Below, piece after piece: positions 29,475 to 39,770 of a DNA stretch of 55,277 nt. The first letter of the stretch is position 1; every line of letters begins with the position of its first letter. The position numbers and the translations under genes are program-made. The stretch lies in contig JBITAJ010000019.1 in the NCBI GenBank assembly GCA_044440125.1, positions 1 to 55,277 of the forward strand, read 5' to 3'. The DNA comes from Sedimentisphaeraceae bacterium JB056. GTDB taxonomy: Bacteria > Planctomycetota > Phycisphaerae > Sedimentisphaerales > Sedimentisphaeraceae. A model generated the notes under the pieces. It ran no database searches. It saw only the letters and a list, made by a program, of their open reading frames with translations, and was not told where the DNA came from.

Positions 29475-31112
29475 ATGAAGTTAAAGAGATTAGATTGCGT
29501 TAAATTGTTTTTATGCTTGATAAAAGTGTTGAGTTGCAAATTTAATACTTTTATCAAGTTTGATAATATCCGTTTTGTTTGGTTACTGTTAGTTCTTTGC
29601 GGTTTAGGTACTATTTTTTTACAGGGATGTGAATCACATCTTTGTAGCATAGGAGAAGTCAGGTCTGACGATGTTTTATCTATTTCAATTAAGAATGAAT
29701 ATACTACCGGTAATTATCCCTGTATTGATATAAGACAGGAAAATGGAGCAACGAAGGTTTACTGGGAAGAGTATTTGATTTTGGAGCTTCGTGATGACAG
29801 ACGTCTTCGTTTTAGGTCAACATATCAAAATGATCATTGGATCGGTTCTGAACGCAGACCTATGGATCTTTGTTGGGCTTATTCAGATGAGGGTGTTAAT
29901 GACTATGTTGTTGAAAACATTGTCTTTAAAAATTTGCCTGTGGAACAGAGCTTTTTTATAGAGGTAAATGCTTTAAAACCTTCAATAGACGGCACTGCCG
30001 TGGCAAGGATAGATGCGAATTGGAATTCAGAGTCTCAGAAGTTTGAATATATGCTTTCATTAAAGCTTAATTGTAAACTTGAGCAATGGTATGAAAATTC
30101 TAGTATAGCAAAAAGGGCGTTCAATCACAATCCTAAAGCAAGTCCAAGAATTGAGGGAGTTGATTATCATGTAGAATATATGTCATTGCCTGATATTGTT
30201 GATTCGGCTGAGCCTGAACATCATGAATTATATGATTGGATGGTTTATAAGAATAAAGACAAAAATTGGACTTTAATGCCTAAGATTTATTTGCCATACA
30301 TTACAAGAAGGGCGGCTTATCCTGCTGGGAAAACGGGGCTTATGGAACAGGGAAGTTATTTTGGATTCATTGATCTTGAAGAGGGGGGCTGGGTGAGTGA
30401 GGCTGTTGAAATACCATCCAGGATGAATATTGCTCCTTGCTGGATGTTTTTTGATGTTCACGTATTTTTTATGGAAGCAATACCGCCCAGATATAGCAGT
30501 GATGATCTTGATTTAAGTTTTAAGTTGCATTTTGAGCACATTAATGCAGAGCAGTCGAGAACTATTGCTGCTGAGGCAGAAGAAATTGCATGGGAAAATC
30601 TACCTGAGTACCATTTACCGATTTTAAAGCGAAATAATGATTTCCGAGAAATGATTACTGAAAATGGTAATGCAAGCAAGTATATGTGGTGGGCGAGTAG
30701 TTTTGATTGTTTCAGAGATGACAGTGTTGGATTTGATGACAGTTATTCAGTGAGTATAAAGCATGATGTTGATAAGTCCGATGCGTGGTATGGATTGTGC
30801 TGGGGGTATCCTTTTGAGACTGAACGAGTAAAGGGCTTGTATCGGATTAAGGCAAGGGTAAAGACGGAGAATTGTACTGGAATAGTCAGACTTGCGGTTG
30901 CTCAGACATATGCGGATTGCTGGATTCATTCCAAACGATTTATTCGAGATTCAGCTGTTTGGGAATATTCAAAAGATCTTAGCGGTACTAATGACTGGAC
31001 TGAGTTAAACGTGATTGTCAATATGACTCATACACGCAGGCATATTGTGTTAGAGCATATTGGAAAGGGGCAATCATGGTTTGATAATGTTGAGATAGAG
31101 AAAATACCGTGA
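29475..31112 (+). CDS. Hypothetical (possible lipoprotein) with C-terminal galactose-binding/CBM-like domain
   Basis: 545-aa ORF; hydrophobic stretch ending LQG|C; C-terminal Y.IKARVKTENC.G, LSGTNDWTEL and G.GQSWFDNVEI jelly-roll pattern; true start uncertain. Confidence 0.6.
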   Translation: MKLKRLDCVKLFLCLIKVLSCKFNTFIKFDNIRFVWLLLVLCGLGTIFLQGCESHLCSIGEVRSDDVLSISIKNEYTTGNYPCIDIRQENGATKVYWEEYLILELRDDRRLRFRSTYQNDHWIGSERRPMDLCWAYSDEGVNDYVVENIVFKNLPVEQSFFIEVNALKPSIDGTAVARIDANWNSESQKFEYMLSLKLNCKLEQWYENSSIAKRAFNHNPKASPRIEGVDYHVEYMSLPDIVDSAEPEHHELYDWMVYKNKDKNWTLMPKIYLPYITRRAAYPAGKTGLMEQGSYFGFIDLEEGGWVSEAVEIPSRMNIAPCWMFFDVHVFFMEAIPPRYSSDDLDLSFKLHFEHINAEQSRTIAAEAEEIAWENLPEYHLPILKRNNDFREMITENGNASKYMWWASSFDCFRDDSVGFDDSYSVSIKHDVDKSDAWYGLCWGYPFETERVKGLYRIKARVKTENCTGIVRLAVAQTYADCWIHSKRFIRDSAVWEYSKDLSGTNDWTELNVIVNMTHTRRHIVLEHIGKGQSWFDNVEIEKIP

Positions 31113-31152
31113 ATAGTGAAAGCCCAGAGTTTGTAAAATAAAATGAGCAAAC

Positions 31153-31186
31153 TGCAGCGGGCAGGTTTTTATACCTGCCCGCTGCA
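31153..31186. terminator. Strong hairpin between convergent genes (likely bidirectional terminator)
   Basis: TGCAGCGGGCAGGT-TTTTAT-ACCTGCCCGCTGCA, perfect 14-bp stem. Confidence 0.8.
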
Positions 31187-31280
31187 AAAGGTTCGCGTGT
31201 TTTGTGGATAGAAGATATTTTACAATACTGCTTATGACAGTATTATTTCACTGATCCACTTTTAATACTGAAGTCGCTCA

Positions 31281-32885
31281 TTATTTATAGAAATGAGTGG
31301 ATTCTGTTTCTTCTACATCTCTATCAAGTTGATCACTGTTGAGTTTAACACTGAATCTGACATCGCCTTCACCAACTGCTTTAACTGTTACATTCCAGCT
31401 TGCTTTTGCTTTTGGAGCCAGAGTTGGCAGTGCTGCAAAGCTGATAGTTTCTCCATCTATCTGTGCGCGTGTTGCGCCTGAGGTAGATACGTACTGCATA
31501 GTGTCTTCAAGAATTGCTTTTATCATTACGTTTGTTGCGGTAGCAGTACCCTGGTTGGTGACAATGATATTGTATGTTTCATTATTGCCAACTTCGATTG
31601 GGTCGCTTATATCTATAACCTCAAGCAGAAGTGCCGGAATTCCCTTGACTTCCGTAGTTGCCTGAGCCACTACACTTTTAGCACAAATAGCGGTTACACT
31701 GGCTTTGTTCGTGAACTTGCCGCTTTGTGAAGGCATGTAGCTGATCGTCACGGTCTTTGATGCTTCAGGAGCAAGAGGTCCTATAGGCCACATCGCCTTA
31801 TTGCCTTCGACTGAACCTCCGTCTGAGAGAACTATGTCAGTTACATTAGCAGGTATCATATCGCTGATCATTGTATTTTCAGCTACTTCATCACCATTAT
31901 TGGTTACTTTTATGGTGTATTGTACAGATCTGCCAAGATAGCGTGTTTCTGGACCTTCTTTGGTTATTTCAAGGATTGGTTGAGTTACTGTCGTGGTTGT
32001 CATTTCTGATTCAGCTTTCAGACCACCGCCTGCTGTTGCATAAGCTTTGTTCTCATATGTTCCGGTTTCTTCAGCTTTGGTATTCACTGTATAAAGCTGA
32101 GATTTGCCGGCCATCAGTGTACCTACGTTAATGCTGACCATGTCCTTGCCGTCAAGAGTCATAAGACCTTCTGGCAGTTGATCAGTGATCATGACATTGG
32201 TAGCATTACCTGTACCATTGTTTGTGATGGTGAACTTCATAGGTATTTCATCGCATATTACAGCTTTATCCGGAGCTTCTTTTGTAAGCATGAGTTTCGG
32301 CTGTACTACCTTTACGTATGCACAGGTAGGTATAACATAATCTACTGTAGTGCAGTTCTGAATACATTCAGTGCTGACAGCCGAACCTGAAATCGTCATT
32401 TCTTTCATTTCTTCAGGTCCGAGTTTATCTATCTTCCATACAAGAGTAGTGCCTTTTTGCTTGGCATCGGGGGTAGAACCGGCATATTTGAAGTTGTTGC
32501 CAAGATGTTCTGTTATAACTACATCTATGAGGTCACCGGAAGTCATGTTTTTTGCGTGGATTGTGTAGTCGAATGGTTCATTGAGTTGAACTTCCACCGG
32601 CATACTCTTGTCTATCTTGACTATGCCGCAACTGTTACCCGGGTAAGCCTGCATCGCATCGCAAGTGCCGCATGTAGAGCCTTTCGGCGGTGCTGGTTCT
32701 GTCGTTTCTTCTTGGGGCATCAGTTTGCATTCTTTATCCCAGAAGAATTTGTCAGCAGCAGCCGGCTCAACAGACCCATCGCCCTTCATTTTGTGATAAC
32801 TTTTACAACTGTAGCAGCCTGATGTGCTGAGAAGCAGGCCGGTAAGTAGTACTGCAGATATGAATAATATACTTTTCTTAATCAT
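31281..32885 (-). CDS. DUF11-repeat lipoprotein homologous to chlamydial large cysteine-rich protein OmcB
   Basis: Lipobox TSG|C; four DUF11 Ig-like units; LVWKIDKLG, D..DPIEVG....Y.I.VTNQG and terminal EETESTHFY parallel OmcB. Confidence 0.85.
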   Translation of the reverse strand: MIKKSILFISAVLLTGLLLSTSGCYSCKSYHKMKGDGSVEPAAADKFFWDKECKLMPQEETTEPAPPKGSTCGTCDAMQAYPGNSCGIVKIDKSMPVEVQLNEPFDYTIHAKNMTSGDLIDVVITEHLGNNFKYAGSTPDAKQKGTTLVWKIDKLGPEEMKEMTISGSAVSTECIQNCTTVDYVIPTCAYVKVVQPKLMLTKEAPDKAVICDEIPMKFTITNNGTGNATNVMITDQLPEGLMTLDGKDMVSINVGTLMAGKSQLYTVNTKAEETGTYENKAYATAGGGLKAESEMTTTTVTQPILEITKEGPETRYLGRSVQYTIKVTNNGDEVAENTMISDMIPANVTDIVLSDGGSVEGNKAMWPIGPLAPEASKTVTISYMPSQSGKFTNKASVTAICAKSVVAQATTEVKGIPALLLEVIDISDPIEVGNNETYNIIVTNQGTATATNVMIKAILEDTMQYVSTSGATRAQIDGETISFAALPTLAPKAKASWNVTVKAVGEGDVRFSVKLNSDQLDRDVEETESTHFYK

Positions 32886-33208
32886 TTTAATTTCCTTCCC
32901 TAATATTCAAGTTGTTTTTAATAAAGACTTTATGTAGAATAAAGCCTAAGGAGGAAACATGTTTAATTTGTCACTGCTTCTTTGCATAACAATTCTCCCA
33001 CAAAACATTAAACAATTCGCGCGCAGTTAGAATAACTGTATTTATTCTATTATTTGAAATTTTTCTACAAATCTCCGGTTGAACATCAACGCAGACTTCA
33101 ATTTATTCTAAAATAACTGAAAAGTCAAGAAAAATATATTCAGACTTATAAAGAGTAATTTTGTTATTGGATTAGATATTATTATATATGTAAGTGGTCT
33201 GAAGCTGC

Positions 33209-33248
33209 AAAAAAAAGACGACAGTGATTGCTAAATCACTGTCGTCTT
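33209..33248 (-). terminator. Rho-independent terminator of glyA
   Basis: AAGACGACAGTGATT-GCTA-AATCACTGTCGTCTT with an A tract on the left (U tract on the minus strand). Confidence 0.9.
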
Positions 33249-33271
33249 AGATTTTATAAAAATATTAGGTT

Positions 33272-34513
33272 TTATTTCACAAAGAAGTCCGGCAATGGGA
33301 ATTCGCTGCAGAGCAACATTACTTCCTTGCCTATTCTTTCGATTACATCGGGGTTTTCGATGTTTTCTGCAACCTCATTGAAGAAACCTGCAATAATATC
33401 CATTTGTTCCTCTTTCATACCCATTGAAGTAACAGATGGGGTACCGATGCGTACGCCGCTTGGATTAAATGGAGGAGCAGGATCGTTTGGCACTGTATTG
33501 CAGTTTGTTACGATTCTTGCACGGTCAAGAGCTTTTGCCATTTTCTTGCCAGGTATATCCTTGTTTCTCATATCAATAAGAATCAGGTGGTTGTCTGTTC
33601 CGCCGCTTACGAGCTCAAAACCGTATTCCATTAGTTTTTCAGCAAGTCTTTTAGCGTTCTTTACTACCTGAGCCGCATAAGCTTTGAAGTCATCAGTGAG
33701 AGCCTCGCCCATTGCTACGGCTATGCCGCTGATTGTATGCATGTGAGGGCCGCCCTGAAGACCGGGGAAAATAGCTCTGTCAACAGCCTTGGCGTGTTCT
33801 TCCTTGCACATTACCATTGCACCTCTTGGTCCGCGAAGTGATTTGTGTGTTGTAGTTGTTACAACATCTGCATATGGAACTGGGCTTGGGTGAGCACCAC
33901 CTGCCACAAGACCTGCAATATGAGCAATATCACTTACAAGGTATGCCCCAACGCTGTCTGCTATTTCGCGGAAGATTTTGAAATCAATCAATCTTGGGTA
34001 AGCAGTTGCACCTGAAATGATGATTTTAGGCTTATGCTCCTTGGCAACATCAGCGATTTTATCATAGTCAAACATGCCTGTAGTATGATCGACTTCATAT
34101 TGTACGGCATTGAATACCTTGCCTGTAGCACTGACTTTCCAGCCGTGGGTAAGGTGTCCGCCGTCAGGCAGAGTCAGTCCCATAATAGTGTCGCCAGGTT
34201 GTGCAAGTGCCATATAAGCACCCATATTGGCGATAGAGCCTGAATATGGCTGTACGTTGGCATGGTCTGCGCCAAATACTTCTTTTGCACGATCGCAGGC
34301 AAGTGTTTCAATCAGGTCTGTTACCTGCTGACCTTCATAATATCTTTTGTATGGGTAGCCTTCGGCGTATTTGTTGGTAAGGCAGCTTCCTGTTGCCTGC
34401 ATTACGCTTCCAGATACATAATTTTCCGAAGGAATCAGACGGATAGAACTGGCCTGACGTGCCTGTTCCTGCCTGATAAGTTCCCAAACTTGACGGTCGC
34501 TTTTACTGAGCAT
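33272..34513 (-). CDS. glyA: Serine hydroxymethyltransferase
   Basis: LIPSEN, TNKYAEGYP..RYYEG, GGHLTHG, TTTTHKSLRGPRG (PLP Lys), PSGVRIGTP. Confidence 0.98.
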   Translation of the reverse strand: MLSKSDRQVWELIRQEQARQASSIRLIPSENYVSGSVMQATGSCLTNKYAEGYPYKRYYEGQQVTDLIETLACDRAKEVFGADHANVQPYSGSIANMGAYMALAQPGDTIMGLTLPDGGHLTHGWKVSATGKVFNAVQYEVDHTTGMFDYDKIADVAKEHKPKIIISGATAYPRLIDFKIFREIADSVGAYLVSDIAHIAGLVAGGAHPSPVPYADVVTTTTHKSLRGPRGAMVMCKEEHAKAVDRAIFPGLQGGPHMHTISGIAVAMGEALTDDFKAYAAQVVKNAKRLAEKLMEYGFELVSGGTDNHLILIDMRNKDIPGKKMAKALDRARIVTNCNTVPNDPAPPFNPSGVRIGTPSVTSMGMKEEQMDIIAGFFNEVAENIENPDVIERIGKEVMLLCSEFPLPDFFVK

Positions 34514-34924
34514 TTTTATAACTCCGTAATCTATAATTGTTTAAGTTAAAATATTGTGAGAAGGCATTCGCTCTTCTCAGTAATTCGAAATAGGGGAAAC
34601 CATTAAAGCCTCTTCTACATTCAGAGGCAGAAATGATAGTATATAGATTGAGTTGCAAGTTGCAACACCAGAAAGCGTTTTTTTGCCTCCATATTATGAA
34701 TGTTTATGGTATTTTTAACTCTTTTAGGCTGTAAATTAGTAGGATAGCGAGAAAGTTAGGCTGTTTAATTTTGTTGGTTATTGGTAATGTAATTTTTTTA
34801 ATAGTATGGTGTGTGTCTTTTTTCTTGTTTTTTTGCGTTGCGTCTTTGTTGATATTTCATGTATCTCATTATAGATTAGACGCTTAGATTGACCGTAAAA
34901 TAAATTGTAGTTAATAGTATTTTG

Positions 34925-34954
34925 TTGACAAGATTATGCTAAAGCCCCTATAAT
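34925..34954 (+). promoter_or_regulatory. Sigma70-type promoter for the TPR gene
   Basis: TTGACA (34925-30), 18-nt spacer, TATAAT (34949-54). Confidence 0.75.
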
Positions 34955-35005
34955 AGGCGATTAGGATTGATTTTTCGTCTTTGGGTGTTTTTTAGAGAGA
35001 ATTGC

Positions 35006-36391
35006 ATGAAAGATATTGATATAGAGACTTCAAAAGAAAAGGCAATGGTTTTTTTCGAGCGTGGTGAACAGGTTGCCTCTACAGATAATTTTGACTATGC
35101 TATCGACCTTTATCTTGAGGGTATTAAACGCGATCCCGATGCGCTTGAGAACGGGCATGCTGCTCTTAGAAGAATAGCGTTGCTTCGTCAGTCCAAAGGC
35201 GGCAAAAAGCCCAGTATGGTAGACAAGCTTAAACATAAAGGCGGAAAGGGTGCTCTTGGAGAGCTGATAAATGCCGAATATCTCCTCGCGAAGGATCCGG
35301 ACAATATCCATTATGCTGAAGCTATGTTAAATGCCTGTATGGAAGGCGGTTACATGCGTACTGCTGATTGGATATCACGACTGGTATTTTCGGCTTGCAA
35401 GGCTATGGAGAAACCTCCCATATCCATACTTGAGAACCTAAAGAATCATTTTGTTAGGATGGAAATGTATGGGCCGGCTGTGAATTGCTGTTCAATGGTG
35501 CTCAAACAACGTCCGGACGACCACTTTTGGGTTACTGAACAAAAGAATCTTTCTGCTTCAGCTACCATACAAAATGGTAAATATGACAAGGCTGAGAAGT
35601 TTATGGAATCTGTTCAGGATAAAGAAGGCCAGGAGCGTGTAAGACGCAAAGATTCAATAATGCGTGATGATGATTATCGCAGGGCTGCATTGGAGGAGGC
35701 TGAACGCAGATATCACAGGGCATCTGATGTTTTTGCCCACAGAATAGAGTATGCAAAAGCTCTTTCTGATATAAATGACCAAGAGCTTGTTAATAAGGCC
35801 TGCGGTCTTTTGATGGAATGGTACGAGCTTACTGAGGATTTCGGCTACAAGCGTTTGTATGGCGATATTATGATAAAGCAACTGCGTGATAATGTGCGAA
35901 AGCTCAGAACTGACATGGAAACAAGAGGTAAGAGTCCTGAGATAAAAGAGAAACTTCAGGAAGCTGTCAGGGAATTGGCAGATTTTGAGACAGACTACTT
36001 CACTGAATGTGTCAAGTATTACCCAAGTGAGCCTAAGTATAAGTATGAGCTTGGTTTGCGATTAATGCACAGGAAAGACTTCGATAAAGCCATTCCGTTA
36101 TTTCAGCAGTCATCTAAGAAGCCCGGACTTAAAATTAAATCACTTAATCTTCTTGGTATGAGTTTCTTCAATAAAGGGTGGTATTCAGACGCGATAGATG
36201 TTTTTGAATCGGCTATAAAGCTTCATCCCGTTGAAGATGATGTCTTTAAGGAATTGCGTTACAATCTGGCCAGAGCATGTGAGCTTGATGGACGTAAAGA
36301 GAGGGCGCTCACTATATACCGCAAGCTTGCTCAGCTCGATTATTCATACCGTGATGTAGCCTCAAGGGTTAATAAGCTTCGCGATTTATAA
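35006..36391 (+). CDS. Tetratricopeptide-repeat protein
   Basis: NFDYAIDLYLEGIKRDPD, YELGL......FDKAIPLFQ, LRYNLARA.E..G....A...Y......DY.YRDV; ATG 35006 lies downstream of the promoter (ORF track starts at 34967). Confidence 0.88.
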   Translation: MKDIDIETSKEKAMVFFERGEQVASTDNFDYAIDLYLEGIKRDPDALENGHAALRRIALLRQSKGGKKPSMVDKLKHKGGKGALGELINAEYLLAKDPDNIHYAEAMLNACMEGGYMRTADWISRLVFSACKAMEKPPISILENLKNHFVRMEMYGPAVNCCSMVLKQRPDDHFWVTEQKNLSASATIQNGKYDKAEKFMESVQDKEGQERVRRKDSIMRDDDYRRAALEEAERRYHRASDVFAHRIEYAKALSDINDQELVNKACGLLMEWYELTEDFGYKRLYGDIMIKQLRDNVRKLRTDMETRGKSPEIKEKLQEAVRELADFETDYFTECVKYYPSEPKYKYELGLRLMHRKDFDKAIPLFQQSSKKPGLKIKSLNLLGMSFFNKGWYSDAIDVFESAIKLHPVEDDVFKELRYNLARACELDGRKERALTIYRKLAQLDYSYRDVASRVNKLRDL

Positions 36392-36450
36392 TAGTGCTTT
36401 GGGTCTCTTATGTTGTTGAGGATTTTGATTAAGATCACTGTTTAGGTGAT

Positions 36451-37620
36451 ATGTCTTTTACGGCGGTTATTATGGTCTCTGGAAAAAATAAGGCTTTGAA
36501 ATATCAGGAAGTGATAGATGTTCTTGAAGAGCAGATACTTGAAGGTAAGTATTCTCTTGGACAGAAGATTCCGACTCAAAACGAATTGACTGAATATTTC
36601 GGAGTGTCAAGACCTACTATAGAAAAAGCTCTTGAGTATCTTGAACAGCAGGGGCTTGTTCAAAGACGCAAAGGCTCAGGTACATTCGTCAGGTATGACC
36701 AGGATAAGAAGAATCTCAAACTTAAATTTGCGTTTATTGCGTTACGTCCGCCCAAGGACTATGATTTCGAAAGTAATTTTGTTCAGCTGTTTGTCTCGAA
36801 TTTCTCTGCTGAATCAAAGAAGCGAAATTTTGAGCTTATAATTGATGTTTCTATTATATCCAATAGTGAGCAGCTTTTTAGTCATTCTCTCAAAAGCTGC
36901 AAAGATATCATTGATTCAGGTGTTAACGGGGTATTCATGCTTCCGGTGGATTTTGCCGGCAAAGATACTACGGTAAACAGGGCTTTGGCTGATGCGTTTG
37001 ATTCTGCTGACATTCCTGTAGTTCTTCTCGATAGAGACGTGTTTCAGATGCCGGAAAGAAGTCCGTATGATATTGTTGGTATCAATAATCGTCGCGGTTC
37101 ATTTGTTATTACAAATCATTTGATAAACAACGGCGCGGAGGATGTATATTTTGTTACTTGCCCTCTGAATTCAAACGTAGTCAGCGACCGAATAGATGGT
37201 TTTAAGTCTGCAGTTGAATATAACGGCCTGGATTCACGAAACAGAATCATATATGATTATGATTATCGAGGTCAGAATCCAGGAATGGAAATACTAAAGA
37301 AGTTTATAGAACAGTCTCAACAGCCTGTTGGGTTTGTTTGTCTTAACGATGAGGCGGCAAGTGTGCTTATAAGGGATGTAGTCAAAATGGGATTTGATGT
37401 TCCCCGTCAGGTCAGGGTGGCAGGTTTTGACGATTTGCCGACATCATCTCTTTTGTTTTCTCCTCTTACTACAATACGGCAACCTGTAGAAGCAATCGTG
37501 CAAACTGCTGTAAACGTAATGGAGAACAGACTTCAGGACCCTGCAATGCCTGCCAGAGAGATATATGTTGCCGAAAAACTTATCATACGTGAATCTTGCG
37601 GCCGTGATGCTGCTCAGTAA
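36451..37620 (+). CDS. GntR-HTH/LacI-sensor hybrid regulator (AraR-like)
   Basis: KIPTQNEL...FGVSRPTI.KAL..L...G...RRKGSGTFV followed by a periplasmic-binding-type domain (VAGFDD...PLTTIRQP). Confidence 0.92.
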   Translation: MSFTAVIMVSGKNKALKYQEVIDVLEEQILEGKYSLGQKIPTQNELTEYFGVSRPTIEKALEYLEQQGLVQRRKGSGTFVRYDQDKKNLKLKFAFIALRPPKDYDFESNFVQLFVSNFSAESKKRNFELIIDVSIISNSEQLFSHSLKSCKDIIDSGVNGVFMLPVDFAGKDTTVNRALADAFDSADIPVVLLDRDVFQMPERSPYDIVGINNRRGSFVITNHLINNGAEDVYFVTCPLNSNVVSDRIDGFKSAVEYNGLDSRNRIIYDYDYRGQNPGMEILKKFIEQSQQPVGFVCLNDEAASVLIRDVVKMGFDVPRQVRVAGFDDLPTSSLLFSPLTTIRQPVEAIVQTAVNVMENRLQDPAMPAREIYVAEKLIIRESCGRDAAQ

Positions 37621-37631
37621 GGTTTGATGCG

Positions 37632-38246
37632 ATGTTGTTTTATGAAGCTGTAAAACGGTTTTTTGATATCATACTTTCGCTGCTTGCGATGGTGATTCTG
37701 CTTCCTTTGTATATACTGCTTGTTATTCTGATAAGGCTTGACAGCAAAGGTGCTGCGGTATTTAAACAGGAAAGGGCAGGCCATGAAGGCAAACCTTTCA
37801 TACTCTATAAATTCCGGACTATGAGGACAGATGTTGATCCTTTCGGTGCATCTCCCAATACTTCTGATGACCCCAGAATCACTAAGATAGGCAAGCTTAT
37901 GCGTGAGACCTCTCTCGATGAGCTGCCGCAGTTGTTGAATGTGTTTTGCGGTCATATGTCGCTTGTCGGCCCTCGTCCGTTATACATATCCCAGATGCAG
38001 GAATGGAATGAATATCAGAAAAGAAGGCTTGAAGTCAAACCTGGACTGACCGGACTGGCTCAGATATCAGGCAGGGGAGCCTTGACGATTGAACAGAAAC
38101 TTAATCTTGATGTTGAGTATGTTGACAATCGATGCTTTATACTTGATTGTAAGATAGTTCTGGCTACTCTGGCACAGGTCATAACGCGCAAGGGGATATA
38201 CGAGATAAGGTATTCTGAAAAGCAGCGAAGACGAGGAGAGAAATGA
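37632..38246 (+). CDS. Bacterial sugar transferase (polyprenyl-phosphate phosphoglycosyl transferase, PglC-like)
   Basis: KRFFDI, F.Q.R.G..G.PF..YKFRTM, DPRIT..G...R.TSLDELPQL.NV..G.MSLVGPRP, KPGLTGLAQ. Confidence 0.95.
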   Translation: MLFYEAVKRFFDIILSLLAMVILLPLYILLVILIRLDSKGAAVFKQERAGHEGKPFILYKFRTMRTDVDPFGASPNTSDDPRITKIGKLMRETSLDELPQLLNVFCGHMSLVGPRPLYISQMQEWNEYQKRRLEVKPGLTGLAQISGRGALTIEQKLNLDVEYVDNRCFILDCKIVLATLAQVITRKGIYEIRYSEKQRRRGEK

Positions 38247-39766
38247 ATCGCAGGAGCATACTTGCGTTGTTCTTTCTGTTTTCTGCGGCTCTGGCATTGG
38301 AGCCGTCAGAGGTTCTTGTTGTTGTCAATGCCGATGAACCGGAATCGGTAAGTATCGGCTCATATTATATGCGTGTTCGCGATTTGCCTCAGAATAATAT
38401 AATTGCTTTGAGGCTTGGTAAAAACTGCAAAACAACTATAAGTCATGAGGACTATATCCGGAAGGTTCAGAAGCCGTTGAGTGAAGTTCTTGCAAGGGCG
38501 GACTATGAAGATATAAGGTGTTTGCTTACGACTTATAAAATGCCTTATAGGATTGCTGCTCCCGTTGTTGATGATGAGACACAAGATATTGTTGAACGTC
38601 TTCAAAGGGTTGCTTCGGATAATTTTAATATACTGAAAAGTACTGTAGTAAAATTAAACCCTGATTCGGGAATTGAAGGTGTTACTGAAATTCCGAAAGC
38701 ATTGGAAGCTGCTCAAAGAATCATCAATGATATCATTTCGAAGATTAAGGCAACCCAGCCGGCTCAAGAGCGGCAGGCTAAGATTGATAAGTTTCTTGGA
38801 ATGTCAATGCCGTTGTATGGAGCCTTTATAATATCGCAATTATCTGAGATCGAGTTTGGCACCTCTTATGAAGTGTCTCAGGATCGGATGATAGAGGCTG
38901 TTGCCTGTCGTGAATTTGTTGATGATGCTGTAAGACAGGGCTGGAGTTATGAGCAATGTCTCGATAATGGATATTACACGAGCTTTGCGAAGGTTTACGG
39001 CATATTGAAACTTCTCGATTTGTTGGATGATTCTATCAATAAGCTGAGAGGTATCGGCATGTCCTCTTCTTTTGATAGTGAACTTGCATTGGTAAAGAAT
39101 GCTAATTATGACTGGTATATGTGGCAGGAGAATAGGCTTAAGAGTGATATTAGTGATCCTTCTACAGTTATTGTTTCAAGAATAGACGGCCCTACTGTGA
39201 AAGTGTGCAAAAGGATTATTGATGATTCGATTTTGGCTGAGCAGACGGGGCTGAGAGGCAAAGTTTGTGTTGACGCTCGTTTTAGTCAAGGCGGCGGACA
39301 GACCGGATATGAAGATTACGATATTTCACTGCGTCAAACTGCCGAGATGTTTGATGATGCGGGTTTCAGCGTTGAATTTGATGAAACTGAGAGTTTGATG
39401 TTTACGGAGAAGCCGATCGAGACCATATTTTATTGCGGCTGGTACAGTCTCCAGAAATATATTGATTCTTTTGATTTCGTTCCGGGAGCAATTGGTTATC
39501 ATATAGCCAGTCTTGAGGCGATTGATATTCGTAATACACAATCACAGCAATGGGTAGTGTCAATGCTTGATGATGGAATAGCGGCAACGATAGGTGCTGT
39601 TGATGAGCCATACCTGAATGCCTTTCCAAAACCCGATGAGTTTTTCAGTTACCTGCTTGAAGGGCAAACGGCAGCGGAAGCTTATGCTGCGAGTAAACCG
39701 TATAATTCATGGCAGATGCTTCTCATTGCCGATCCGCTTTACAGACCACTTGCAGATAGAAAATAA
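38243..39766 (+). CDS. TIGR03790-family secreted protein
   Basis: LEPSEVLVVVN....S..I..YY..R, FDSELA, VSRIDGP, YCGWYS, GAIGYHIAS, T.GAVDEPYL.AFP.P, SWQ....DPLY.P. Confidence 0.82.
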   Translation: MNRRSILALFFLFSAALALEPSEVLVVVNADEPESVSIGSYYMRVRDLPQNNIIALRLGKNCKTTISHEDYIRKVQKPLSEVLARADYEDIRCLLTTYKMPYRIAAPVVDDETQDIVERLQRVASDNFNILKSTVVKLNPDSGIEGVTEIPKALEAAQRIINDIISKIKATQPAQERQAKIDKFLGMSMPLYGAFIISQLSEIEFGTSYEVSQDRMIEAVACREFVDDAVRQGWSYEQCLDNGYYTSFAKVYGILKLLDLLDDSINKLRGIGMSSSFDSELALVKNANYDWYMWQENRLKSDISDPSTVIVSRIDGPTVKVCKRIIDDSILAEQTGLRGKVCVDARFSQGGGQTGYEDYDISLRQTAEMFDDAGFSVEFDETESLMFTEKPIETIFYCGWYSLQKYIDSFDFVPGAIGYHIASLEAIDIRNTQSQQWVVSMLDDGIAATIGAVDEPYLNAFPKPDEFFSYLLEGQTAAEAYAASKPYNSWQMLLIADPLYRPLADRK

Positions 39767-39770
39767 AAGA

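Noticed and set aside
34514..34700. ZTP, THF or glycine riboswitch upstream of glyA
   Set aside because: Only two simple hairpins (GAGAAG/CTTCTC, GCCTCT/AGAGGC); no aptamer consensus recognised.
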